Shown: positions 10,105 to 19,049 of the stretch, one piece after another
How positions within the stretch are numbered: the first letter of the stretch is position 1
Layout of the letters: the number at the start of each line of letters is the position of its first letter
NCBI GenBank assembly: GCA_903873415.1
Contig: CAIQOK010000121.1
Span: 1,486-65,485 of the forward strand
DNA: 64,000 nt
Origin: an uncultured Verrucomicrobiota bacterium
GTDB lineage: Bacteria; Verrucomicrobiota; Verrucomicrobiia; Limisphaerales; CAIQOK01
Direction of reading: 5' to 3'
Notes under the pieces: generated by a model
What the model saw: only the letters and a program-made list of their open reading frames with translations
What the model was told of the DNA's origin: nothing
Databases searched by the model: none
Translations under genes and position numbers: made by a program

Positions 10105-10912
10105 GCGAGTCAACCTCCGGCGGCATTGGGATGGCGACCGCCTCGTCGCAGGCGGCCAAAACAGCGGGGGAGATGCCGTGGCCTTCACTGCCAAAGACCA
10201 CGCAGCACTCGCTGGTGAAATCCGCATCGCTGAGGCTCCGCTGGTCGGTGTGGGGATGGGCGGCGATGCAGCGAATGCCGCGGGTGCGGAGATGCTGCAG
10301 GCATTGAGCCAGCGTTTGGTGATGGGCCTGGGGTTTGTCAGTCCACTGATGCCGCTGCCCGAGGCGGGCCAGTTCGATGACCGGCAGTGTGAGGATTGTC
10401 CCCATGGAATTGCGCACCGCCCGGCGGAGGAAGGGACTGGTGGAGGTTTCTCCGACGATGAGGGCTTGGACGCCAAAGGCGGCGCAGTTGCGCACCAGGG
10501 CGCCGAGGTTTTCCGCGCTGGTCAATCCGTCCACAGCCGCGAGCAAGCGCGGCGGGGCCAGTCTTTCGAGCACTTCGCTCAGCGTGGCCGGGGCGGGGAT
10601 TTTACCGATGGCCAGCACGCCTTGGTAGAGCGAAAAACCCACCAACTCCTCCAGCACTTTCATGTCGGTCACCGCAAAGACCGGGAGGTCTGGTTCCCTT
10701 CGCGCTGTGAGCAGCGGGCGGTAGGATTCCAGGCGTTTTTCAGGCAATACGACGGACAGCACTTCGCATTGGCTCTCCAGCAGGCGCCGGACGACCTTGT
10801 CCCCCTCAGCAACGAAGATTCCCCGGGTTTCATGTTCGGCGGCCCGGCGCAACGTGCGGTAGGGGGCGAGTTCCGGCAGATCCAGGGAATCGATTTTGCG
10901 GATGTGAAACAT
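10040..10912 (-). CDS. TrmH/SpoU-family RNA 2'-O-methyltransferase
   Basis: SpoU methylase motifs: ENLGALVRNCAAFGV, VVFGSEGHGIS and IPM...VDSLNVGAAGAVFFYE. The 3' end overlaps the glnE 3' end by 65 nt in convergent orientation. Confidence 0.85.
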   Translation of the reverse strand: MFHIRKIDSLDLPELAPYRTLRRAAEHETRGIFVAEGDKVVRRLLESQCEVLSVVLPEKRLESYRPLLTARREPDLPVFAVTDMKVLEELVGFSLYQGVLAIGKIPAPATLSEVLERLAPPRLLAAVDGLTSAENLGALVRNCAAFGVQALIVGETSTSPFLRRAVRNSMGTILTLPVIELARLGQRHQWTDKPQAHHQTLAQCLQHLRTRGIRCIAAHPHTDQRSLSDADFTSECCVVFGSEGHGISPAVLAACDEAVAIPMPPEVDSLNVGAAGAVFFYEAKRQRRHL

Positions 10913-10941
10913 GGCGGGAAATCAGCCGGCTGGGAGGCGGG

Positions 10942-11823
10942 TCACAAGCTCAAGGTGGGGCAGGGGGCTTGCTGGCATGCCAAGAGGGTCTGGACATGGG
11001 CGGCGCCGATTTTCTCAAGGCGTTCCGTCATCACGCGCATGGCGATTTCCGGACGGTTGCATTCGCTGCTCAAATGCCCCAGATAAAGATGTCTTAAGCC
11101 TGCGGACATGATTTCCTGGGCAGCCTGGGCGGCAGCCTCGTTGGAGAGGTGCCCGTGACGCCCGAGAATCCTCTGCTTCAAGCTCCAGGGCCGGCGCGGG
11201 CAGTCCTGCAGCATTTTCACATCGTGGTTGGACTCGAGCAGCAAAGCATGCGCCGGCCGGATGCGTTCCAAGACCAGATTGGTTGCGTGCCCCAGATCCG
11301 TGAGGAACCCGACATTGGCCGTGGGGGTGCGCACCAGGAACCCGACCGGATCCTGGGCGTCGTGGGGGATGGAAAAGGTGTCCACGAGGATGTCGCCGAC
11401 TTCAAAGCTGCTGCCGGTGGCAAAAATACGCGCCTCGAATTTGAAGTTTTGTTCGAGCTGGATTTCCTCGTGTGTCAGCCGGTTGCAGTAGACCGGAATG
11501 CCTAGCTTGCGGGTAAGCATCTCCAGCCCGGCCACATGGTCGATATGTTCGTGGGTGACGAGGATGCCGGTGAGGTTTTCCGGGACCCGGCTGATGGAGG
11601 CTAGGCGCTCGCGGATCTGACGCAAGCTGAAGCCCGCATCCACCAGCAGCCGCGTCTCCCCGGTTTCGAGGTAGCTGCAATTGCCGGAGGAGCCGCTGCC
11701 TAGAATGGTGAGTTGAACGGCCACGGCGCACCTTAAGCCGGCGCCCGCGGCCGGGCAATGTTTTTCAAAGCCCTGTTTGGCGGGGCGATTTTGATGCGGA
11801 TCCAGCCTCAAACTCTGCTTCAT
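10942..11823 (-). CDS. MBL-fold metallo-hydrolase (YycJ-like)
   Basis: LTILGSGSSGNCSYLETGETRLLVDAGFS and the HxHxDH motif THEHIDHVAG. The true start may be GTG at 11724 ((M)AVQLTILGSG), which would remove a 33-aa extension. Confidence 0.85.
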   Translation of the reverse strand: MKQSLRLDPHQNRPAKQGFEKHCPAAGAGLRCAVAVQLTILGSGSSGNCSYLETGETRLLVDAGFSLRQIRERLASISRVPENLTGILVTHEHIDHVAGLEMLTRKLGIPVYCNRLTHEEIQLEQNFKFEARIFATGSSFEVGDILVDTFSIPHDAQDPVGFLVRTPTANVGFLTDLGHATNLVLERIRPAHALLLESNHDVKMLQDCPRRPWSLKQRILGRHGHLSNEAAAQAAQEIMSAGLRHLYLGHLSSECNRPEIAMRVMTERLEKIGAAHVQTLLACQQAPCPTLSL

Positions 11824-12131
11824 GTAAGGTGAATATCAATCCGCTCAAAGGGCCTTTCCCCGCTTGGCGGGGAATGGCTCAACTTGTAATCGGAAACCGG
11901 TTTTCTCTTTCCGCCCAAGCAGGGGAAACCCTGAAAGCCGTTTCACCGCGGACATTCCGATATAAAAGACACAAGCCGTTCATGATAACTTATTTGCTCT
12001 TGATGCTTACGGGAGGATTCGGTGGATTTCCTGAATTTGGCCCACGGGGGTGGAGCCCCAAGAGGCTCCGCTTTGCCGGTGCTCACCGCATCAAGGATCG
12101 GCGGCAAAATGTTTGTTTTGGGAGAGCGATG

Positions 12132-13550
12132 CTAGAAGGGACCCACGTTCCAGCCGTGGCGATAGGCTCGCTTGAGGTAGCGGTTGGCCTCGGAATCGTT
12201 GGTGATTTTCATGCGGTTGTGGTTCCACTCGAGCTTCTTTCCAGGCCGGCGGATGGCGACGGTGCCCAGGAGTATGGCCTCGGTCATGGGCCCGGTTTGC
12301 GCGAAATGAGATTCGGTTTTCTCGCCGCCCAGGCAGGCATCGGCGAAATGGTGGTAATGGTTGCGCGAGGCCAGCTCGGGGCGTTGGACTGAGGCGAACT
12401 TTCGTTCCGGCAAGAGCTGCGGCGCATGTTGGTGGGGGATCAGAAGCGCCCCCTCGGTGCCGATGAGCATGGAAGACTCAACCGGGTATTCGCTCAGATC
12501 GTCCGAGTAAAGTTTGCGGATATGGTCCGGTGGAAAATATTCACCGTCGAACCACTCAAGCGTGAGCTGGTTGCCCTCGATCTTGTCGTTGCCGGGGAAG
12601 GTCCAAGTGATGTGGTTGCTCTGGGGCCAGTTGTCGGCGCGCCGGGCAGGGGAGTTCTTCCAGGATTCCTGAACTTCCGCCTGGACATTGATGGGGGCTT
12701 TTAATTCCAAGCCTTTCCATACGGCATCAAAAATATGGCATCCGATGTCGCCCGACCAGCCGGTGCCGAAATCCTGCCAGCAGCGCCACTTTGCGGGATG
12801 ATAGACTTCCGGGGCGAAGGCGCGTGCCGGAGCGCTGCCCAGCCATAACTCCCAGTTCAGGGTTTCGGGTGCCTTGGCCGCAGCCTCGGGCCGGGGGCCG
12901 GTGAGACGATAGCCTTCGATTCCCGGGCGGTTGGAGCAGAGATAGGCGTGTTTGATTTTCCCAATCCGGCCCTCTTTGAGCCATTGAACCGCTCTCCGGT
13001 CATGGATGGTCGAGGCTATCTGTGTTCCCAGCTGGGTGATGACGCCCTGTTTGAGGGAAGCCTCGGTGAGTACGCGTACTTCGGCGACGTCGTGGCACAG
13101 GGGTTTTTGGCAATAAACATGTTTGCCGCGCTGGATGGCGCTATAGGCCGCTGAAAAATGCGTGTGGTCCGGAACCGCCACGTTTACGGAATCAATCCGG
13201 TCCCCCTCCTTCTCAAGCAATTCGCGCCAGTCGGAATAGAGGCGTGCCCCGGGCACCAGTTTGGCAGCCGCGTTAAGTGTGTTGGAGTCCACGTCGCACA
13301 GGGCGACGATCTGAAGCCGCTTGTGCTGGAGGAAATTCTGTAAATCCACCCCACCCATGCCGCCGACGCCGATGCAGGCGTGCTGGAGTTTGGTGTCGGG
13401 TGTGGTTGGTTTGGCATGTTTTTTTTTGATCTGGCCGGAAACCAGCACGGGGGCCGCCACCGAGGCGGCAGCGGCGGCGCGGATGAAAGCGCGCCGGGTC
13501 CAAGGCCGGGTTGGATCAAAGTTGAGTCTTGGTTTTGGCGTTGGATTCAT
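12132..13550 (-). CDS. Gfo/Idh/MocA-family oxidoreductase with twin-arginine (Tat) signal
   Basis: Tat-like RRAFIRAAAAASVAAPVLV. Rossmann start HACIGVGGMGG..D. The EKPL-type motif appears as VYCQKPLCH. 472 aa. Confidence 0.85.
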   Translation of the reverse strand: MNPTPKPRLNFDPTRPWTRRAFIRAAAAASVAAPVLVSGQIKKKHAKPTTPDTKLQHACIGVGGMGGVDLQNFLQHKRLQIVALCDVDSNTLNAAAKLVPGARLYSDWRELLEKEGDRIDSVNVAVPDHTHFSAAYSAIQRGKHVYCQKPLCHDVAEVRVLTEASLKQGVITQLGTQIASTIHDRRAVQWLKEGRIGKIKHAYLCSNRPGIEGYRLTGPRPEAAAKAPETLNWELWLGSAPARAFAPEVYHPAKWRCWQDFGTGWSGDIGCHIFDAVWKGLELKAPINVQAEVQESWKNSPARRADNWPQSNHITWTFPGNDKIEGNQLTLEWFDGEYFPPDHIRKLYSDDLSEYPVESSMLIGTEGALLIPHQHAPQLLPERKFASVQRPELASRNHYHHFADACLGGEKTESHFAQTGPMTEAILLGTVAIRRPGKKLEWNHNRMKITNDSEANRYLKRAYRHGWNVGPF

Positions 13551-13719
13551 TTGGTTTATAGATCAGTTCCGCAATCCTCATTACAGTTTTCAAGGGTGTT
13601 TTGATCGGGAATTTAGCGGTGGTTGATGGTTTAGAGTGCCCCAAAGGAGAGGCGTTGCACAAGGTTTTTTCTTGGGGGATTTGCGCGCTGGAATCATTAG
13701 GGAGTCACGGCGCACTCAG

Positions 13720-13907
13720 CCGACTTTATCCAATAGGGCTTTGCGGCAGCGCCGGCACCGCGGATGTGGCTGCCATTCCTGTTGGCTTTTGTTTTTCCAG
13801 GATTTGGAGGGCATAGCGGTTAGATTGCGCGTCATAATCCTCCTCTTGCACGATTGGCTTGGGCTTTCCCTACTCGGTTCGTGGTCCGTGGGCCCTTGAT
13901 CCTTGCC
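13720..13907 (+). repeat. Repeat R3, copy 1 (~180 nt)
   Basis: Aligns by eye at roughly 75-80% identity with 25283-25455, in the same orientation. Shared blocks are ccgacttt, ggctttgcggcagcgccggcRccgcggatgtggctgcc and cctcctcttgcacgattggcttgggctttcc. Confidence 0.8.
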
Positions 13908-13910
13908 TTA

Positions 13911-13943
13911 GTTTCAAGCGCCGGAGGAGCGGCCTTTCTATAG
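13911..13943 (-). repeat. Repeat R2 (solo end motif: ctataga-N-cgctcctccggNgctt)
   Basis: Reverse strand reads ctatagaaaggccgctcctccggcgcttgaaac. Compare 46625-46660 (tctatagacaggtcgctcctccggagctttgaagac). Confidence 0.75.
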
Positions 13944-13967
13944 ATCCGCATCCATCCAAAAAATCCT

Positions 13968-14097
13968 CCCCAGCCCCGTAGGGGCGGCAGGGTGCGGCAA
14001 AGCGGCAAGCGGTAAGGGCGAAGAACACGCGCAAAATAAATTGGATTTGCTTCGGTTGCTCATCCGTCGTTTGTGCCGCTCCTCTGGAGCTTCAAGA
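13968..14097 (+). repeat. Repeat R1, copy A (~130 bp, MITE-like with imperfect terminal inverted repeats)
   Basis: ccccagccccgtaggggcggca...aagaacacgcgcaaaataaattggatttgc...gtgccgctcctctggagcttcaag. Homologous to 40201-40331 (reverse) and 46151-46273 (forward). Confidence 0.8.
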
Positions 14098-14353
14098 AAG
14101 CCACTTTAGCCACGAAGTCCCGGTTGGCACCTATGACCGCCTCAACCCTATTGGGGGGAACCCGCAGCTCATTCGCCCAAAATGAGCACCTGACCGCCGT
14201 GGACGGAGACGTAATCAGCGGTATCCAGTCGCAGGTGAAACCGGCGATCTTTTTTTGCAGGCAGACATGGCTAGATAACCCCATAAAGGTGTCGTGAAGA
14301 CATACCCATTTATGGTCGTCGCTAATGGTTGCCCCCAGACCGGCCTACAGTCT

Positions 14354-15787
14354 TCACCAAGAGTAGTGGACCTTGTAAGTCACGACCTTTTCCTCGTCCG
14401 GTCTGACGGTGACACGGAACTCGATGGTCTGGGCGTCGGTTTTCTTGAACGCATCGGACCCCTCCAGGATTTGCCAGTTGCTCCACCGGTAGAGGTGTTC
14501 CACCACCCGGATAGAGACGGATTCCTTTTTGCGGTTGCGCAGCTTCAGGGCAAAGGTTTCATCCATCCACTTTTGCGCGTTGTCTGTCCGGAAATCGGTC
14601 TGCCGTCGTTCCCCTGTCAGATCGAAGGATGTGCCGGTGGTGACGCGAATGGTTTCGTTGCGGGGCGTGTGATCGATCTGATCCTCCCCGGTGAACTCAA
14701 GTTGGCCGTCGTCGTTGCGGCGATAAAAGCGCAGTTTGCCTTTGGGCAGGGCAATGCCAAGGTGGTTGGATTCCGCGTTGACCAGTTCGCGGGTGATCAT
14801 AATTTTCCGGTTGCCCTCCCGGCCATAACCCGGGTCGTTGTTCAGTCCGCCATAAAACCGGTTGGCACTCGCGCCATCGAACACATAGATCACCGGGGCT
14901 ATGACGCCGGCGGCCCGCACGAACTCAACCTGCTTGGTCTGATGATCGCGCAGCGTGGCGGGGTGGGGTAGCGAGTAGAGGTGGAACTCATCAAAGGCCT
15001 TCTCGGTCACCACCGACTTGTCCATCACCGCTCCCCCCAAAACCCGCATGGCCATGACCCGGGGTTGGGGTTCGATCTTGTTCACATCCCCGGCCATCAG
15101 TTTTATCCTCGCATCCCGGAACGCACTGCCGCTCTGGTTGTTCATCGTGATCCAGCCGATCCAATCGACGGTGTTGCCTTTCTCCGGAGCGACCAGGTTG
15201 TAGGCCGCCTCCCAGGAGAATCCGCCCGTGACATAACCGATCTCGGCGTCGAAGCGGACCGCCCGGGCCGATTGAATACGCCAGTTAAAAGAGGGTTTGA
15301 GGATGGTGTCGTCGCCGAGGTTGGGGAAGAGAGGCAGGCCGGGCAGGGTGAACTGGAGTTTGCCGTCGACCTCGATGACGGGTTGTTCGGAGCCTGCGCC
15401 CGGAACGTAGCCGCTGCGAAGGATTTTGCCGGCGATGATGCAACGCACCTGGGTGTTGTCCTTCATGCGGACGCTTTCAAAATCAATCGTTTTGCCCTCG
15501 AAAAATGAAAGCAGCAACTCCTGCGATACGGGGTCGTTGCGGTAATCCTGCTCCAGGATCTGGAATGCAATCTTGTCTGCGGGATCGCGCAGGATCACCG
15601 AGTCGGGCTCAACGTGTGCCGTTGCGCCGCCATAGCGGATTTCGTTGAGGCCGGCTTTAAGGTCGAGCGGCACGCTGTCACGCACCACGGCGAAGTTCTG
15701 GTTGTAGATCGTGAGGGATGGCGAAGCTAGGAGTGTGCTGGAGGCAATCGCACAGGTTTGGGCAAGGCAGAGCAGGATTCGGTTCAT
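14354..15787 (-). CDS. DUF4139 domain-containing secreted protein (MuiA-like family)
   Basis: Signal peptide MNRILLCLAQTCAIASSTLLASPS. LTIYNQNFAVVRDSVPLDLKAGLNEIRY...ATAHVEPDSVILRD is the typical DUF4139-family N-terminus as I recall it. 477 aa. Confidence 0.65.
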   Translation of the reverse strand: MNRILLCLAQTCAIASSTLLASPSLTIYNQNFAVVRDSVPLDLKAGLNEIRYGGATAHVEPDSVILRDPADKIAFQILEQDYRNDPVSQELLLSFFEGKTIDFESVRMKDNTQVRCIIAGKILRSGYVPGAGSEQPVIEVDGKLQFTLPGLPLFPNLGDDTILKPSFNWRIQSARAVRFDAEIGYVTGGFSWEAAYNLVAPEKGNTVDWIGWITMNNQSGSAFRDARIKLMAGDVNKIEPQPRVMAMRVLGGAVMDKSVVTEKAFDEFHLYSLPHPATLRDHQTKQVEFVRAAGVIAPVIYVFDGASANRFYGGLNNDPGYGREGNRKIMITRELVNAESNHLGIALPKGKLRFYRRNDDGQLEFTGEDQIDHTPRNETIRVTTGTSFDLTGERRQTDFRTDNAQKWMDETFALKLRNRKKESVSIRVVEHLYRWSNWQILEGSDAFKKTDAQTIEFRVTVRPDEEKVVTYKVHYSW

Positions 15788-15965
15788 GGCGTTCTATGAA
15801 ATGGTTTGACCGGGTTCGGCGCACTCCGGACTGATCATGAGCGAACTTTACCCCCGGTCAAAATGGGAGGCGAGGGTTTTTTTGGAGCGCGGCACGGCGC
15901 TGCGCCCCTTTTTATGCGGCACGGCTTGACACGGGGCGGCTTCCCGCAAATGGTGAGGGCCGCAA

Positions 15966-16421
15966 ATGAAGATGAGCCGATGGATCAAAGAACTCTCCTG
16001 GATATTTCTGGGGGCTCTGGCGGTTTATATCCTCGCCTATAAGGGGATTGAAGGGCGCCGGACCCAGGACGGGCCTTGGCAGGTTTGTTTCACCAACCAG
16101 CCCGGCGGATCGGCCTTGATACACATTAATCAGCCCGGCATCGGAATCACCAACGTCCTGATTTCATTTCCGGACTGCGTGGTTTCGGCCGCCAGTTTCA
16201 TGGGAATGCCGCTGTTTGACCAAGCCCGGACGGTGCCGTTTGCGGCCGGATTCGGCCGGTGCGTTTTTCAGGATGCCGTTTCGATGCCGGGTACAATCGT
16301 GCTCGAAGTGTTCGGTCACGAGATTCAGCTTTTGCCTCGTGTCTTGACCATAGATAAAAAAGAACAACCTTGGAAATCAGGGTCTACGATCACGCTATAT
16401 GCTCTCAGGCCTGGAAAATAA
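15966..16421 (+). CDS. Hypothetical membrane-anchored protein
   Basis: 151-aa ORF with ATG start and one N-terminal hydrophobic helix (WIFLGALAVYILAY). No motif recognised. Overlaps the next gene by 23 nt. Confidence 0.45.
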   Translation: MKMSRWIKELSWIFLGALAVYILAYKGIEGRRTQDGPWQVCFTNQPGGSALIHINQPGIGITNVLISFPDCVVSAASFMGMPLFDQARTVPFAAGFGRCVFQDAVSMPGTIVLEVFGHEIQLLPRVLTIDKKEQPWKSGSTITLYALRPGK

Positions 16422-17178
16422 GTGGGTGTTGATCACGGGCGCGTCCAGCGGCTTTGGTGCGGCTGCGGCTCGGGCCTTTGGCGAGGCCGGTTGCAGGCTG
16501 CTCCTGGGCGCACGGCGCTTGGATCGGTTGGAAGATGTGGCTGCGGAGGCGCGCCAGGCCGGTTCCCCGGAGGTCGGCGTGCAGGTTTTGGACGTTTCTA
16601 ACACGCCGAGCGTGGAGGCTTTCACCGCCTGGGTCCGGGGCCGGACGGATCGGGTGGATGTGCTTGTGAACAACGCCGGCGGGGCCCAGGGTTTGAACAG
16701 CGTGGCCGAAGGGGTGGATGCCGATTGGGAAACCATGCTGCAGACCAATGTGCTTGGGGTGCTGCGGATGACCCGGGCCGTTCTGCCGCTGCTGCCTCGC
16801 GATGCAGGGGCCACCATCCTTAATATCGGATCCATTGCCGGGCATGTCGCTTATGAGGGGGGCGCGGCTTATTGCGCCGCCAAGGCCGGCGAACTGCAGA
16901 TCACCCGGGCCCTGCGCCTGGAATTAAACGGCACCGGTATCCGCGTCAGCACGGTGGATCCCGGGTTGGCGGAGACGGAATTCTCGCTGGTGCGGTTCAA
17001 GGGGGATGCTGCGCGCGCCAAAAAGGTTTATGAGGGAATGCAAGCGCTGACGGCGCGGGATGTGGCGGAGATTCTCGTCTGGGTGGCCGGTCGTCCGGCG
17101 CATGTAAATATTGATGAGCTGCTGGTCAAGCCGGTGGATCAGGCCGCAATCCATAAAGTCCACCGGCGTCCGGTCTGA
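16399..17178 (+). CDS. SDR-family NAD(P)-dependent oxidoreductase (YdfG-like)
   Basis: Cofactor motif ITGASSGFG, the NNAG motif, and catalytic YCAAK (YxxxK). Confidence 0.9.
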   Translation: MLSGLENKWVLITGASSGFGAAAARAFGEAGCRLLLGARRLDRLEDVAAEARQAGSPEVGVQVLDVSNTPSVEAFTAWVRGRTDRVDVLVNNAGGAQGLNSVAEGVDADWETMLQTNVLGVLRMTRAVLPLLPRDAGATILNIGSIAGHVAYEGGAAYCAAKAGELQITRALRLELNGTGIRVSTVDPGLAETEFSLVRFKGDAARAKKVYEGMQALTARDVAEILVWVAGRPAHVNIDELLVKPVDQAAIHKVHRRPV

Positions 17179-17262
17179 AAACAGCCTGTTGAAACCGAAT
17201 TTTGCGTGGGGTTTCCAGCACCCCGGAAGCTTAACGGTGAAAAAGGGCTTGGCGCCTTGGAT

Positions 17263-18372
17263 CTAACGACCACAATTGGCGCGCCACAGTAGAATCCCAC
17301 CCACAGCCTGAAAAAGTAAATTGGGCACCCATATCAGCAGATGGGGGGAAAACTGGGGGCGGGTGGAGAGGGACTCCGCAAGCAGAGTCAGCGCATAATA
17401 CAGCGCCACCAGACCAAGTCCGATCGCGGCACCGATGTTGGTCTCGCGCCGCTGGACCCGGATTCCCAGAGGAATGCCGATGAGGGTGAACCCGAAGCAA
17501 GCAAAGGAAAAAGCCAGCTCGCGGCTCATCTGCGTGCGGATCTTGCTGGCCAGGCCCAGCCGGACTTTTTCTGGAAGCGCGGTTTGGCGCTCGTTCTCCG
17601 CCAGTTCGCCTTGGAGCTGCTCGAAAGTCATGTCGTAGAGGCTCGGTTTGCCCGCGCTTTTCCTCGCATCACTGAGGTCCAGACGGTAAGGCACCTCGCC
17701 GGCCGTGATCGCCAGATCGCCGCGCAGGTAAATGATCGAGGCGTCATAAAGATGAAGCAGGATTTGTTTGCGGGCGGTATCATGCTCGATCCGCCCGCGT
17801 GGGGCCTGGATAGTTTTTGCGACGTTGGTTTCATTTTCCAGTTCGCAAACGAGAATGTCTTGCAGCTCCTGATTGCGGTTTTTGCCAAGATAAAAAATGT
17901 AGCCGGGGAAATCCTTGATGGGGCGTCCCTCGGGCAGTTGGAGGTTGGCCAGAGAGAGTCGCATCCGGTTGCGCAGATGGTTGTATTCAACCCGGCAGCG
18001 CGGGGCGATCTCCAGATTGATCGCCGCGCTGAGGATGCTCAACATCAGGCCCGCCAGCAAGACGGGCGCGATCAACGCCAGAAGGCTCACCCCGCTGGCG
18101 CGAGCGGCGGTCAGTTCCTGATCGGCGCTGAAGCGGCCGAAGACCAGCAGTGTGGCGGTGAGCAGCCCCATGGGCAGGGCGAAGGCCCAGACATAGGGGA
18201 TGAGCAGGGCGAAAGCCTCAGCCACCAGACTGAACTGGGCCTGATGATTGATGAGCAACGGAAGGACCTCGCGGAGGATATTCACCAGCAGCAGGACGAA
18301 GGTAAAGACCCCGGCCGTCATCACGGTGGAGACGGCGACCTGGCGCAGTAAATATTGATGCAATGTTTTCAA
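17263..18372 (-). CDS. LptF/LptG-family (YjgP/YjgQ) LPS export permease
   Basis: 369 aa; the N-terminus (M)KTLHQYLLRQV matches the family. Membrane helices flank a periplasmic beta-jellyroll-sized middle region. The start codon is TTG. Confidence 0.8.
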   Translation of the reverse strand: MKTLHQYLLRQVAVSTVMTAGVFTFVLLLVNILREVLPLLINHQAQFSLVAEAFALLIPYVWAFALPMGLLTATLLVFGRFSADQELTAARASGVSLLALIAPVLLAGLMLSILSAAINLEIAPRCRVEYNHLRNRMRLSLANLQLPEGRPIKDFPGYIFYLGKNRNQELQDILVCELENETNVAKTIQAPRGRIEHDTARKQILLHLYDASIIYLRGDLAITAGEVPYRLDLSDARKSAGKPSLYDMTFEQLQGELAENERQTALPEKVRLGLASKIRTQMSRELAFSFACFGFTLIGIPLGIRVQRRETNIGAAIGLGLVALYYALTLLAESLSTRPQFSPHLLIWVPNLLFQAVGGILLWRANCGR

Positions 18373-18720
18373 TCGGTTTACGGGCGCATCGTTCGGGCAT
18401 CCCCTGCGCCAGAACAGGAGAATGCGACAGCACGGGCCGGTGTCAAGGAGGCTTGCGCTTTGGCGCAGCGTGACGGATGAACCGGCAAGGTTTTTTTGGC
18501 AACCGTTCAGACAAAAGGCGGCGAAAAAGCGGTTTGATAAACTGTGATCATACAGGGTTTACGGATCGCCGTATCTCCTGCAGGAAGCCTTTTTGGGTTG
18601 GGGTTTTACAGCGGAAGAGCAGGGGGCAAAGGGTGGGGTCCCGGCACTGCGGCCAGCAGCCGTTTTTCCGATTCGGATCCGCACAAAACCGGGGACAGTA
18701 TCTATCCGGAGGAATGGTTG

Positions 18721-18753
18721 AAAAAAGGCCGGAAAGGAGCTTCCTTTCCGGCC
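18721..18753 (-). terminator. Rho-independent terminator (minus strand)
   Basis: Perfect 11-bp stem ggccggaaagg/cctttccggcc (18727-18753), followed on the minus strand by six U (A-run 18721-18726). Lies ~300 nt downstream of the hybrid kinase stop codon. Confidence 0.75.
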
Positions 18754-18871
18754 TGGTTCAGTTCCCATGTAAGGATGGATCAACCGGTGGAGACCACGAG
18801 GCTTTGGGGGTCCTTTTGTATCTGTATCTTGTTGCTGGCTTGCGATTTGGGGACGCGCTTTTATCCGGTGC

Positions 18872-18936
18872 GCTTGCGGAGTGCGCCCGGAGACGGGCGC
18901 ACTTCCAAGAAACGAAGGGTTGGAGGAAATCTGCGG
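18872..18936 (+). repeat. Repeat R4, copy 1 (~60 nt with GC hairpin gcgcccg..cgggcgc)
   Basis: gcttgcggagtgcgcccggagacgggcgcacttcc...ggaggaaatctgcgg, compared with 46501-46559 gcttgcggagtgcgcccgtccccgggcgcagc...ggaggaatgcctgcgg. Confidence 0.7.
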
Positions 18937-19049
18937 CAGGCTCCTGCCGACGGATGGTTTCGAGTCTGAAATCAGTTAGGCGCCAGAGGGGTGCAGGATT
19001 GAAGCGCTGAAAGCCAAATTCTCGCCAATGGCCCACCAACGCCAAGTGC

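Noticed and set aside
8911-10476. 521-aa minus-strand ORF spanning the glnE 3' half and part of the trmH-family gene
   Set aside because: It is antisense to glnE, which has two clear nucleotidyltransferase motifs, and out of frame with the methylase. Its composition is Pro/Arg/Gly-rich and it has no motifs.
11829-12392. 187-aa plus-strand ORF between the MBL hydrolase and the oxidoreductase
   Set aside because: Its 3' half is antisense to the well-supported Gfo/Idh/MocA gene. The 5' part lies in an intergenic spacer, with no start context or motif.
14073-14297. 74-aa ORFs on both strands in the 14.06-14.30 kb gap (a possible transposase or toxin fragment next to R1)
   Set aside because: I recognised no motif. 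The ORFs start inside repeat R1 and overlap each other on opposite strands. There is not enough evidence for a gene or pseudogene call.
18716-18760. SRP (4.5S) RNA-like words: ccaggccggaaaggaagc on the minus strand
   Set aside because: The segment forms a perfect 11-bp hairpin followed by U6, a plain intrinsic terminator. The asymmetric and symmetric loops of SRP domain IV and the flanking helix 5 are absent.
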